Source: Savitreella phatthalungensis (Eukaryota). From it: 64,000 nucleotides of DNA. A program made the translations under genes and the position numbers. The notes below the pieces were generated by a model. The model saw nothing but the letters and a program-made list of their open reading frames with translations. It did not search any database and was not told where the DNA came from. Positions 9,950 through 19,590 of the stretch are shown here, one piece after another. Positions within the stretch are counted from its first letter, which is position 1; every line of letters starts with the position of its first letter. Location of the stretch: assembly GCA_051599415.1 (NCBI GenBank), contig AP039696.1, positions 1-64,000 of the forward strand. Reading direction: 5' to 3'.

Positions 9950-10795
9950 CTACTGGTTCTTCTTGGCCGTGGCAACCAACCGCCGCCGAGAGACGTTGCC
10001 AAGCTTCAGCGACCAGAAGCCCAAGGAGCGCACTGTTTGCAGTACAAGCTGAATGAGCGTAACGAGAGCACGAGCTTCATCGGCCGACAAATAGATCTGC
10101 CGGCGAGAGGCGAGTTTCCCGAATGATATAAGGTGTAGCAACTCGTTGAGAGTGCGGTTGGTGCCCCGGCTGAAGGCGTACACTGCGGAGAGCACGAACG
10201 GTCCGTAAAGGTCCCACTCCGCTCCAGAAACTCCAGGAGCAGAGATGTGCCAGACTGGTGAGAAGAGGTCCAAGAGAGACAGGCTAGCATATCCCGCGGC
10301 ACCGACCAGCCCGCCAGCAATGGTAGGAGCCCAAGGGTTTGCACGGACGGCGGCCGCCTTATGGATCAGAGCAAGCTCGGTGCCAGCTCCAATCATATTG
10401 GCAGTCTTTAGAATCGCATCTGCGGGGAGCGTCGCTAAGTCGACGACGAGGGGAGGCAAGCTCAGAAGAACGTCGCGTATAGGCTTGACGATGTGTAGTG
10501 TCAAATATACTCCTGCGTAAGTCGGAACAACATAGGGTGAAGCCAGCCATCCGGGAGGAGCATTGGTGAGCAGAATACTCGTGACGATGCCTCCACTAAG
10601 AGGGACAATCAGCACGCTAATCAAGCCTTGCAGCCAGGATGGACGCGACGCTGCCGGTCCGCGGTGCGCTAATGCGAAATAGGCCAATGTTAGCCGTACA
10701 GCATGGAAGACCAAGAGTAGTGGAATCTTCGTATTGGGCACTGTCGCTGTGAGTGCGACATGAAGCAGCTCCTCCAAATATTGCACGTTCACCAT
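9950..10795 (-). CDS. Polytopic membrane protein, possibly TRIC/TMEM38-like
   Basis: About 7 hydrophobic segments, SGGIVTSILL..PPGWL motif, a second Gly-rich helix AGGLVGAAG, and C-terminal KKNQ (KKxx ER retrieval). ATG 10795 avoids overlap with the upstream gene. Confidence 0.55.
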   Translation of the reverse strand: MVNVQYLEELLHVALTATVPNTKIPLLLVFHAVRLTLAYFALAHRGPAASRPSWLQGLISVLIVPLSGGIVTSILLTNAPPGWLASPYVVPTYAGVYLTLHIVKPIRDVLLSLPPLVVDLATLPADAILKTANMIGAGTELALIHKAAAVRANPWAPTIAGGLVGAAGYASLSLLDLFSPVWHISAPGVSGAEWDLYGPFVLSAVYAFSRGTNRTLNELLHLISFGKLASRRQIYLSADEARALVTLIQLVLQTVRSLGFWSLKLGNVSRRRLVATAKKNQ

Positions 10796-10880
10796 CCTCA
10801 CCTTGTCTGTTGCCCTCGTATATCGCAAGAATAAGTGCACGTTCGACGTCATTAATTGCATTTTAACTACCGTGGACAGA

Positions 10881-11831
10881 TCAATCGTCAAACCCGGCAA
10901 AGTCAGACGACTCCGCCGGCGGCCTGCGCTCAGTCTGTCGATCCATCTCAACCTGACCAGCCGCGAGGCATGTGATGCGAACGAGCAGTTCTGCCGACGC
11001 AAGCTCGCGCCAATCATCTGTGTGCCATAATTTGAGAACGCCATCACTGCTGCCTGACACTAAATAATGACCCACAGTCGCCAGACTTTTGATTCGTGAC
11101 GCATGACTTCCAATGATGCTGCCAGTCATCGTCGTAGCGTCGATTCGCTCCAGCTGACCATCTTCACGACCGAGCAAGACTGCATCTTTTGAAACTTCGA
11201 TGCAGTGAAGTCTCGAACTCCTGTCATATGAAGCACTGTGGACGACCTTGCCCGCTAGAAAGATTTTCAAGGTAGTGCTGCTGATGACCACATACCTTTC
11301 AACATCCAGCCACCTACAAGCCAGAGGCTCACCGTCGTTGAAAGCATGAGCGGCTGCTTTTTTACCAGTCACAAGATTCCATAACCTCACCTGCTTGTCG
11401 TCTCCGACCGTGATGGCCACTTTTCCAGTCTCGTGAATCGCTAGGCCATTGCATCGTCCGTGTCGCGTCGTCACTCTGACCTGTGCAGTCCAGTCGCCAG
11501 CCCGCCACATCACCAGCTTGTTGGCGTCATCCGCACTGAGCAAATGAGTCGCATTCTCTGTAAAGGCAAGAGCGGTGACGCCGCCGTCATGCTGCAATAA
11601 GCTTCCGAGATCGCGCTTCCTTTTCAGATCGTAAAGGCGGATTACTTCGTCCGCACCACCGGATGCTAGATATCGACCTCGGATCGCCAGAGATTTCACG
11701 GCTGCTGTGTGCGCTTCAACAAGAAACGATTGCTTCAGCGTGCCATCGAGAATATCGAAGCCATGTAATACGTGGTTGTACGATCCAACAACAACGCGCA
11801 GAACAGCACAATTATCGCGTTTTCGCTTCAT
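10881..11831 (-). CDS. MAK11: WD40 protein Mak11/PAK1IP1/Skb15 (60S biogenesis)
   Basis: VVVGSY..VLHG, AH..AVKSLA..RYLASGGADEVIRLYDL.RKRDLGSLLQH, and further WD repeats. Confidence 0.85.
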   Translation of the reverse strand: MKRKRDNCAVLRVVVGSYNHVLHGFDILDGTLKQSFLVEAHTAAVKSLAIRGRYLASGGADEVIRLYDLKRKRDLGSLLQHDGGVTALAFTENATHLLSADDANKLVMWRAGDWTAQVRVTTRHGRCNGLAIHETGKVAITVGDDKQVRLWNLVTGKKAAAHAFNDGEPLACRWLDVERYVVISSTTLKIFLAGKVVHSASYDRSSRLHCIEVSKDAVLLGREDGQLERIDATTMTGSIIGSHASRIKSLATVGHYLVSGSSDGVLKLWHTDDWRELASAELLVRITCLAAGQVEMDRQTERRPPAESSDFAGFDD

Positions 11832-11963
11832 GAAAGCTGTGCCTGTGTGCAACGACCAAGTTCTGCCGGAATCTATGTGTAAATTTATATCTATTAGAAC
11901 CCATTGCGACGTCGCGTTTAATTATTTGACTTCTACAGTGCATGTCGTTACCCTTTGATTTCG

Positions 11964-13175
11964 TTATTGGTGCTGCTTTTGGTCCAGGCTTCCACTGAGC
12001 ATACACAGAGCTTCAACAGCTTCTCTATCCGCATCAGAAGTCTGCACAGCGGGCGACCGAGGTGGTCCGGCTGCAGGTTCTCGACGAACGCGCGATGCCG
12101 GTCCACCAGTCTCGCGCATGTGACTCAGACCGCCCTTATTGCTGCTGGAGAGAGAGGTCGTGCGAGCCTGCGCTTTCTTAGCGAAAGACATGTTCGTAAA
12201 GCTTGGTGTTCGACTACTGTTGCCAGACAGGCTGCCCAGCGATGGCTTCATCTGGAAGACGCCAGCACTCGACTTGCGACGCATCGGATAAGGACAACCC
12301 GCATGGAAGCTTTGAGCGAACCGGGCTGGAGAGCCGGAGAAAGAAGGTGAGACAATTGCAACACTGGAGGAGAGCTGGGACCTCGATCTCAATCCTTCAG
12401 GTCCAAGCGCTTTCCAGTCTTCTTCATCAGTCTCGGACTCGTCACCTTCCTCTAAATCGAGTGGGTCCACATCGATATCCTCGTCCTCGGGCGGTTGACC
12501 GCTCATTGACAGAGCGGGAGAGAACATGAAGTCCGCAGAATAGGAGGTGCCGAGTATAGACGGGGTCATGGAAGGACGCTTGCCAGCTGACATGGCCATC
12601 GAACCTCGAGAGGGTGCGGTCTCTGGTGTAAAGACCGCGTTGAGGGGCTGACCGCGCACGTTTCCCTCAAGCAAGTTCCATCTGCCCCATCCTACCTTTT
12701 CGAAGAGGACGCCCTGCTTCAATTCAAGAGCCTTGACAACCAGCCGACGTCCTCGAACCGGTGGAATAGTACCGAAATGAGGGTCCGCTTTTGCTAGGGA
12801 AGCTGCGATGTGTCGAGCGGCGAGAGCGCCGTACTGCCGGAAAAGCGCCGGCAAAAACCGCTCTGCCAGGATTTGCGGATCAAGTACAATGTTTCCGTCG
12901 GAGTCAACCACGTTGTAGGATTCCTCTATGTCGCGCCGGCCGCTTGCATCGATGCCCTCCATCTCCAGGTCATCTGTCTCATCTTCACTGCCATTACGCA
13001 TCTGTTCTGATTGTTGCACACCCGGTGAGATAGACCCAGGAGGAACCATTCTGGGGCGAGTGCCTCCTGAGCTTGAGAATCTGCCTAGCGCAGGCATAGT
13101 GCGACCTCCATTTGTCGAAATACCCAGACCGACGCCCTTGCCTGGTGTCGATGACGCGCCTTGAGCTTCAGACAT
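11964..13175 (-). CDS. STB3: Stb3-family Sin3-binding transcription regulator
   Basis: LP....G.LA.RHI...RRLVVKALE..FEKVGWGRW domain, TDEEDW..LG...LR motif, and C-terminal EAVEAL helix. Confidence 0.85.
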   Translation of the reverse strand: MSEAQGASSTPGKGVGLGISTNGGRTMPALGRFSSSGGTRPRMVPPGSISPGVQQSEQMRNGSEDETDDLEMEGIDASGRRDIEESYNVVDSDGNIVLDPQILAERFLPALFRQYGALAARHIAASLAKADPHFGTIPPVRGRRLVVKALELKQGVLFEKVGWGRWNLLEGNVRGQPLNAVFTPETAPSRGSMAMSAGKRPSMTPSILGTSYSADFMFSPALSMSGQPPEDEDIDVDPLDLEEGDESETDEEDWKALGPEGLRSRSQLSSSVAIVSPSFSGSPARFAQSFHAGCPYPMRRKSSAGVFQMKPSLGSLSGNSSRTPSFTNMSFAKKAQARTTSLSSSNKGGLSHMRETGGPASRVRREPAAGPPRSPAVQTSDADREAVEALCMLSGSLDQKQHQ

Positions 13176-13947
13176 ATGGTCAAATGCGTGAGCGGGTGTC
13201 GAATATCGCGCAACTGCTCAAGTCGATAGTCTGTTGTGTTGCACGAATGACAGATACTAGGTTTGTCGGATACTAGATATGATGTCGCGCTCCCTTGTGG
13301 TGCGCACCGGAACAGCTTCGGGCTTCCTATGTATGACACCAGAGACAAACAATGCGCACCTGCCAAGGTGCCAGAGAAGACTTCAGGCCGCGTGAGCAGC
13401 TTTCCAGTCCTCCAAGGATGAACTGTCCGGTTCTGTTGTCGCGCCGGCGCGCCGGCTCAAACATAGAAGATTGGTCAGTGTACTTGCTGCTGCTACTGAG
13501 GCAGCGGCGGCGGTGTTGCGGAGCTGCTACACAGGGCTATACAGTTCTTTCCGGGTTTCCACAAGTGTGACTCGCAACTCTCAGCCACGAAATCAGACCT
13601 TATAATCTGAAACAGGTTCAGCTGATGAGCGCGATTCGGAGCATTTCCCACAGCTGATCACCTTTATTCTTTGTCGTTTCGAAGAGCTGAAATCCGCCCA
13701 ATCATTTCAGCGGATATGACTTTCAATTGTGTTGGATGAAGCATCATCTGTGCAACCCTGCAATTGAGTCAAAGGCTGCCTTCCCCATTCATACCACGCG
13801 TATGCACAAATAACCGTTTCGACCGCTGAATCGAAAGCAGAGCGAGCCGCGACCGAAGAAGGGGCCCCTCGACCAATACATCGTTGCGCCACGAATCCTT
13901 CGTGTTGTTCGCAATGAAGGCTGCTTATGATCACTCGAATGTCCAAT

Positions 13948-14565
13948 TCAATCGCTTGGTTCATAAAGATCCAGATCCAGATCGAGCGGTATCGCTGTCG
14001 AACTTGCTTTTGCCTCGACTTGATCTATTGGTCTCTCAGCTGCCGAAGATCTCTTTAAGTCATCTTCGTTCTGGTCGCCCGTGTTCTCATGTGCCTCAGA
14101 AGCATGATCTCGACCGCTCGCCAATCTACCACGTCGCATGACATCTTCTGTCGGCCAAGGTAAATGAGTCGATGTCACTCGGTCGTGTTGAGCGCTCATG
14201 CCGACAGGAGCCTTCGAGTGCCGCGACACACGATTTGCCAACTGTGTCAGGATGCCATAGTCGACCTTTTCGTGCAAGACTTGCGCCTGCCCGGGCATCA
14301 GTGGTAGCCAAACGCGCTCGTGCGATCGTTGCATTTCAGCGAGACCTGTTGCAAGCTGTTTATTGATCGCCGCAAGCTTCTCGGCTAGTTTTTCGCATTC
14401 CAAATGAAGAGCGTGCCGTCGCGCCCCTACAAGCACTTCTGTCTCATATGCAGCCTGCGCTTCGAGAAAACGGGCATACGATTTCTTGACATCATCCTGA
14501 TCGATGGAGTCAATCAAGGACACTGTAGCCCGCTCATATGCATCGACGAGCGAGACAAGAGACAT
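13948..14565 (-). CDS. MED4: Mediator subunit Med4
   Basis: Coiled-coil N-half, PWPTEDVMRRGRL signature, and acidic LDLDLDLY tail. Confidence 0.8.
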   Translation of the reverse strand: MSLVSLVDAYERATVSLIDSIDQDDVKKSYARFLEAQAAYETEVLVGARRHALHLECEKLAEKLAAINKQLATGLAEMQRSHERVWLPLMPGQAQVLHEKVDYGILTQLANRVSRHSKAPVGMSAQHDRVTSTHLPWPTEDVMRRGRLASGRDHASEAHENTGDQNEDDLKRSSAAERPIDQVEAKASSTAIPLDLDLDLYEPSD

Positions 14566-14793
14566 GGCCAAAGGCGTGGTTACGGCTGTATGTGCACAAG
14601 TAAAATTTTGTCCGCGCCCTCACGTGTGAATATTCATGTTGCCAAAAATAGAAGCCCCTTTCGTCATTCGTTCTTATGCCCACGATCAGTGATCATCAAT
14701 GCAAGCGGTTCCTGCAAGCCGTCACGCAGGACAAAGAAAGTTGACACAACCTACTAGATAAGGAGCTGCACCGCTCTATTCCCTCCATAGTCA

Positions 14794-17583
14794 ATGCCTG
14801 ATATCATTGACATCATTCGCAACGCGAATACCGAGCAACGCGGCAAGTTCGATATCAAGTCGATCCTGTCATCGGTCGGGTTCTCGCTCGGCGTCTCGAT
14901 CGTGCTACTTCTTGCATTCTCCGTACTGAGACCACGCAATACGGTCGTCTATGCGCCAAAGGTAAAGTACGCTGATGAGAAACATCAACCTCCGCGGCTC
15001 CGGGATACTCCATGGGCATGGATACGGCCCATTTTAACACTCCGAGAAGACGCTCTTGTGGATAAAGTTGGGCTTGATGCAATCATCTACCTGAGATTCT
15101 TGCGCATGTGCCGCAACTATCTGGCCCTAGTCTCAATTCTTGGCGCAGGCGCGATCATTCCAATCAACATCATCGGTACGAATCAAACGGCAAAGAGTTC
15201 TTCGGACAGCACAGGCTCTCTGAACCCATTACTACGGCTTACTGTATCAGGCCTGACGGGTAATTGGATCATCCCGCACATCGCGTTCAGTTATGTGTTC
15301 CTGGCCATACTCCTTGTCTTTATATGGTTCAATTACCGGAGGGTATGCAGGCTCCGCCAAAGGTACTTTGCAAGTGATGAGTATCAGAGCGCACTTGCTA
15401 GCCGCACTCTGATGATGATCGATCTTCCGTCTCGTGACCGCTCGGATGACACTCTGGCACGTCGAGCAATGTCACTAAAGAGACCCGAGCCGTTCTCACA
15501 AGCACAAGTAGGTCGGGATGTCGGCAAATTGCCCGTGCTTATCGATAAGCACGAAGATGCGGTTCGTGAGCTTGAGTCTGTCCTTGCCAAATATCTGAAG
15601 AATCCGCACAAGCCTCCTGCAAATCGCCCACTCAAGCACGGCAGAGACGCGATAGACCTTCTCACGCATCGTGTTCAGAGTCTCGAGCAGCAGATCTCGG
15701 CCGCTCGCGAATCCTACGAGTCTTTAGGTATGAAGCAGTACGGTTTCGTCTCGTATTCCAGCATTCCTGCAGCTCACCGGGTCGCCAAGGCCAATAAGAC
15801 AAATCACGACGTTTTCCTGGCGCCCAGGCCCAACGATATCCTTTGGCGCAACGTTGCCACAGCGCAAAGCAAGCGGAATGCGAACAAATTTTTCGGCAAT
15901 CTGCTCTTCGTTGCGCTCTGCATTCTTTGGACAGTACCCAATGCGCTTATTGCGACCTTCATCAGCAATATTTATAACCTCGGTGCCGTATGGCCGTGGT
16001 TCCAGAGCCGCATTAATCAACATCCCACCCTGTGGGCTGTGATTCAGGGCGTCGCGGCACCGATCCTTCTTGCACTCTTCTTCCTCATTTTGCCGAGCCT
16101 GATGCGCCGTATCACGCAATTCGAAGGAGCCTTGACCAAGAGCGCAAGAGAGCGTACCGTTTTCCACAAGCTCTTCTTATTCTTCTTCATCAATAACTTC
16201 GTGATATTCACGCTGTTCGGAGTCATCTGGAACTTCGTACAGTCGACAGTCATCGTATCCGCTCAACAGTCCGCCGGCTTTTCAGGCTTCTGGGACGCTC
16301 TGCGCAACTCTTATTTCCTGCTGGGACTCACGAATGCCGTCACGTCAACCTCGACATTTTGGATTATCTACGTTGCACAGCGCAACCTAGGTTGTCTGCT
16401 GGATCTCGTCCAGGTGTTCTCTCTCCTGCAAAAATGGTTCAAGAGGACATTCATGTCACCGACGCCTCGAGAGATGATAGAGTGGTCTGCGCCAATTCCT
16501 TTCGACTATGCCTCATACTACAACACTTTCCTCTTCAATTTCACCATCGTCCTCAGTTACGCTACGCTGGCGCCACTGATTCTACCATTCGGATTCCTCT
16601 ACTTTGTCGTCAGCGGTGTCTCATACAAATATGCACTGCTTTATGTCAATGTCACGAAAGTTGAGTCCGGTGGCTCTTTCTGGCGGATATTGGTCAATCG
16701 CCTTCTACTCGTTTCGGGTTTCAGCAACCTCGTCCTCTTCGTCATTGTTTGGGCAAAGACGACTGTGTTCACTGCGATTGCAGTCCTCCCAGCTCTTGTC
16801 ATCATTGTTGCGTTCAAGCTCTATCTTCTGAAATTTGTCGAGCCTCGCTTTGCGTATATCGAGCTGGAGAGCGGGAGCGACGATACCGGTGCACCAATTG
16901 TGCGGCGCAGTGATCAGAAACGTGACCGATTGAGATCTCGGTTCGGTCATCCTGCTTTGTCGCATACTCTGATCGTGCCGATGGTCCACGAGCGGTCCCG
17001 TCATCTCCTGAAGGAGGTGTACCGTGGCAGATTGTCCGATGCGGATATGGAGTCTACCCCTATCAATCACGTTGAGGAGCATTTCGAGGTGGTCCCAGAG
17101 AATGCTCTAAACTTTGACCAGTTCAAGCTGCGCCCAGAATTCGCAGAGGAGCACGGGGACATCTACAGCGTTGCGGATACGGCCGATGACACGACAATCT
17201 CCCACCAAGAATCTCAGGCGCGCAGGCCATCTGCTCGTCCCTACCAATCTTACATGAGCGATGGGTCCACCCTGGGTCTAGCCATGCACAATCACGAGGA
17301 AGCCTACGAAATGGGATCTTTCAGCAGGCAGCGCGATGGGTCACAGGAAGATCTGGCGCACCTGCTTCCACTGAGCTCATCTACACGTTTGACACCGCGC
17401 AGGCGCAGCGTTGAACAAGTCGGGCCCATTAGTTGGCCTGACACACAGTTGCTGCCAGAAGAACAGATCTCGCAACAAACTTTGCAAATAGGTCCTGCGC
17501 CGTACCACGAACGACGATCGGGATTGGACGAACGAGATGCCTCGCTGTACTCGACGGCATATAGACCGCCATCACGGCGATGA
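14794..17583 (+). CDS. OSCA/TMEM63 (Csc1/Phm7/Rsn1, DUF221) cation channel
   Basis: VYAPK, GLDAIIYLRFLRM, APRPNDILW.N, APLILPFG and ESGG.FW motifs, with about 11 TM segments. Confidence 0.92.
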   Translation: MPDIIDIIRNANTEQRGKFDIKSILSSVGFSLGVSIVLLLAFSVLRPRNTVVYAPKVKYADEKHQPPRLRDTPWAWIRPILTLREDALVDKVGLDAIIYLRFLRMCRNYLALVSILGAGAIIPINIIGTNQTAKSSSDSTGSLNPLLRLTVSGLTGNWIIPHIAFSYVFLAILLVFIWFNYRRVCRLRQRYFASDEYQSALASRTLMMIDLPSRDRSDDTLARRAMSLKRPEPFSQAQVGRDVGKLPVLIDKHEDAVRELESVLAKYLKNPHKPPANRPLKHGRDAIDLLTHRVQSLEQQISAARESYESLGMKQYGFVSYSSIPAAHRVAKANKTNHDVFLAPRPNDILWRNVATAQSKRNANKFFGNLLFVALCILWTVPNALIATFISNIYNLGAVWPWFQSRINQHPTLWAVIQGVAAPILLALFFLILPSLMRRITQFEGALTKSARERTVFHKLFLFFFINNFVIFTLFGVIWNFVQSTVIVSAQQSAGFSGFWDALRNSYFLLGLTNAVTSTSTFWIIYVAQRNLGCLLDLVQVFSLLQKWFKRTFMSPTPREMIEWSAPIPFDYASYYNTFLFNFTIVLSYATLAPLILPFGFLYFVVSGVSYKYALLYVNVTKVESGGSFWRILVNRLLLVSGFSNLVLFVIVWAKTTVFTAIAVLPALVIIVAFKLYLLKFVEPRFAYIELESGSDDTGAPIVRRSDQKRDRLRSRFGHPALSHTLIVPMVHERSRHLLKEVYRGRLSDADMESTPINHVEEHFEVVPENALNFDQFKLRPEFAEEHGDIYSVADTADDTTISHQESQARRPSARPYQSYMSDGSTLGLAMHNHEEAYEMGSFSRQRDGSQEDLAHLLPLSSSTRLTPRRRSVEQVGPISWPDTQLLPEEQISQQTLQIGPAPYHERRSGLDERDASLYSTAYRPPSRR

Positions 17584-17840
17584 ATGCTGCCCAATCAAGG
17601 ATGAATGTATAGACCTCGTGCTCATCGGCAAATTTCGCCAGTATTCAGTTTTGTAATGGCGAGGTTAGCCGACAAATAGAAACTTCTGCCTAATTAGCTG
17701 CAGGCTAACCGTTGCCAGCGCATGCATGACATGTGGTATTCGACCAGATTGGCTGGTATGACGTCGATGACCTTTGCGTTTTCGTCAATATATAGAGGAC
17801 ACTATGTCGCCAACAAAGCATTGTGCTCATTCTCCAAAGC

Positions 17841-19586
17841 ATGTTTCTTTTCCTGCCCACGGTGGTCGCTGGAGCAGTGCTCCAGGCTCGCCAGGTCAGC
17901 GTGCCGGAGTACTTCCAAACTTCGCCTGAAATCTTCGCTGGCCCGACACCCACAGGGTTCGTGCCGTTCCTCGTCGCAACCAATCCGGTCGCCTTCCCAG
18001 GACAGACTTATTTACCAGCGAATCCGATCCAGACTCAGGAGTACATCTCTGGGTATCCTACACCCACGGGTAGCGTGACTGGCCCCGGTTCTGCTGCTTC
18101 GGCAACGGCCGATGCAAATATATTCCACCTCATGGGTCAGCTTTCTCCGTACTTCGTTGCCCCAGGTTTCGGTGTAGACGAGCTGCCGTTACCTTCAGGC
18201 ACGAATGTCACATGGCTTAACATGTTATCACGCCATGGATCGCGCTATCCAGCAGGCGGTGGTAGCACGCAACAGCTCGCGAACAGCATCAACAATGCGA
18301 CAGGTAGCAACATCACTTTCACTGGTCCGCTGAGCTTCCTCAATACCTATAAGTACCCGCTTGGTGCTGAGATTCTGACCCCGAATGGCAAGCAGGAACT
18401 CTTCGACTCGGGAACAACTCACTATTACCAATATGGCCGTCTTGCGCCAAACAACGGCACTAAGATCATTGCTCGATCTACTCATCAAGATCGTATGACT
18501 CAATCGGCGGAGTATTTCCTAGCTGGATTTTTTGGGCTTGGCTGGACGAACAACGCCACCCTTGAGTTGTCTCTCGATCAAACGCCATTCAACAATTCGC
18601 TCGCAGGATACAACGCCTGCCCGGCGTCGAATGACAACCGGACGAATGTAGGTGTGGCTGGCTCTTACAATCAGTGGATATCATTGTATTTGCGCAACGC
18701 TACCCAACGTCTGAATCGATATTCGAATGGTTTCAACTGGACGACGTCTCAGGCGTATGCCGCGCAGCAACTTTGCCCATACGAGACTGTCGCTCTCGGT
18801 TATTCGAGCTGGTGCGACCTCTTCACTTATGAAGAATGGCAAGGGTATGAGTACTCGGTAGATCTCGACTTCTCGGCTGTGTTCGGATTTGAATCGCCTG
18901 TCGGCCGCGCGATTGGCGTAGGTTATGTTGCCGAAGTGCTGGCACGTATCAATAATCATCTCATCACCAGTCCAGTTGGAGACCTCAACATTACGCTGGA
19001 CTCAATGCCATCGACCTTCCCGACCAATCAACCAATCTACTTTGACTTCTCCCATGATGTCAATATCTTCTCAGTGCTGACCGCCTTTGGTCTGACTCAG
19101 TTCAAGGGCGTCCTGAATCCGACCAGCATTCAGAAGAATCGCACCGCTATCGTGTCCAACATGACTCCGTTCGGCGCCCGTTTGGACATCGAAATCATTA
19201 ATGCCCCTTACCCCGTCTCTGCTTCGCGTACACTCGCACAGTTGCGCAGCAACTCAACTGCTGTTTATGACTACGGCGGCAATGCGACCCAGTACATACA
19301 TTTCCTACTCAATCAGCGCACTGTGCCACTCGGTCGCTCCTACGCCTTGTGTGGCAATCGTACGGATGGTTGGTGCGAACTCGGAGCATTCTTAAACGCG
19401 ACTGCAAACCTTACTCAACAGGCGAATTTCGATTACGCTTGCTTCGGAAATTACACTCCACCGGCCTATGGCCAGATCACAAACGGAGCGATCTTTGCGA
19501 ACGGATCGGCTGCATCGAGGTCGGCAGTCTCTAGCGCCTCGTCGTCCGCATATTCAGCAACAATCTCAGCATCCACTAGAAATTAG
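17841..19586 (+). CDS. Secreted histidine acid phosphatase / 3-phytase
   Basis: Signal peptide, RHGSRYP and FSHD catalytic motifs, many N-glycosylation sequons, and a Ser/Ala-rich tail. Confidence 0.92.
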   Translation: MFLFLPTVVAGAVLQARQVSVPEYFQTSPEIFAGPTPTGFVPFLVATNPVAFPGQTYLPANPIQTQEYISGYPTPTGSVTGPGSAASATADANIFHLMGQLSPYFVAPGFGVDELPLPSGTNVTWLNMLSRHGSRYPAGGGSTQQLANSINNATGSNITFTGPLSFLNTYKYPLGAEILTPNGKQELFDSGTTHYYQYGRLAPNNGTKIIARSTHQDRMTQSAEYFLAGFFGLGWTNNATLELSLDQTPFNNSLAGYNACPASNDNRTNVGVAGSYNQWISLYLRNATQRLNRYSNGFNWTTSQAYAAQQLCPYETVALGYSSWCDLFTYEEWQGYEYSVDLDFSAVFGFESPVGRAIGVGYVAEVLARINNHLITSPVGDLNITLDSMPSTFPTNQPIYFDFSHDVNIFSVLTAFGLTQFKGVLNPTSIQKNRTAIVSNMTPFGARLDIEIINAPYPVSASRTLAQLRSNSTAVYDYGGNATQYIHFLLNQRTVPLGRSYALCGNRTDGWCELGAFLNATANLTQQANFDYACFGNYTPPAYGQITNGAIFANGSAASRSAVSSASSSAYSATISASTRN

Positions 19587-19590
19587 GATA

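Noticed and set aside
10796..11047. Apparent overlap between the membrane-protein ORF and MAK11
   Set aside because: The extension is low-information sequence in another frame of MAK11; ATG 10795 removes the overlap.
13621..13650. CTGATGAG as a hammerhead core
   Set aside because: No stem II followed by GAAA.
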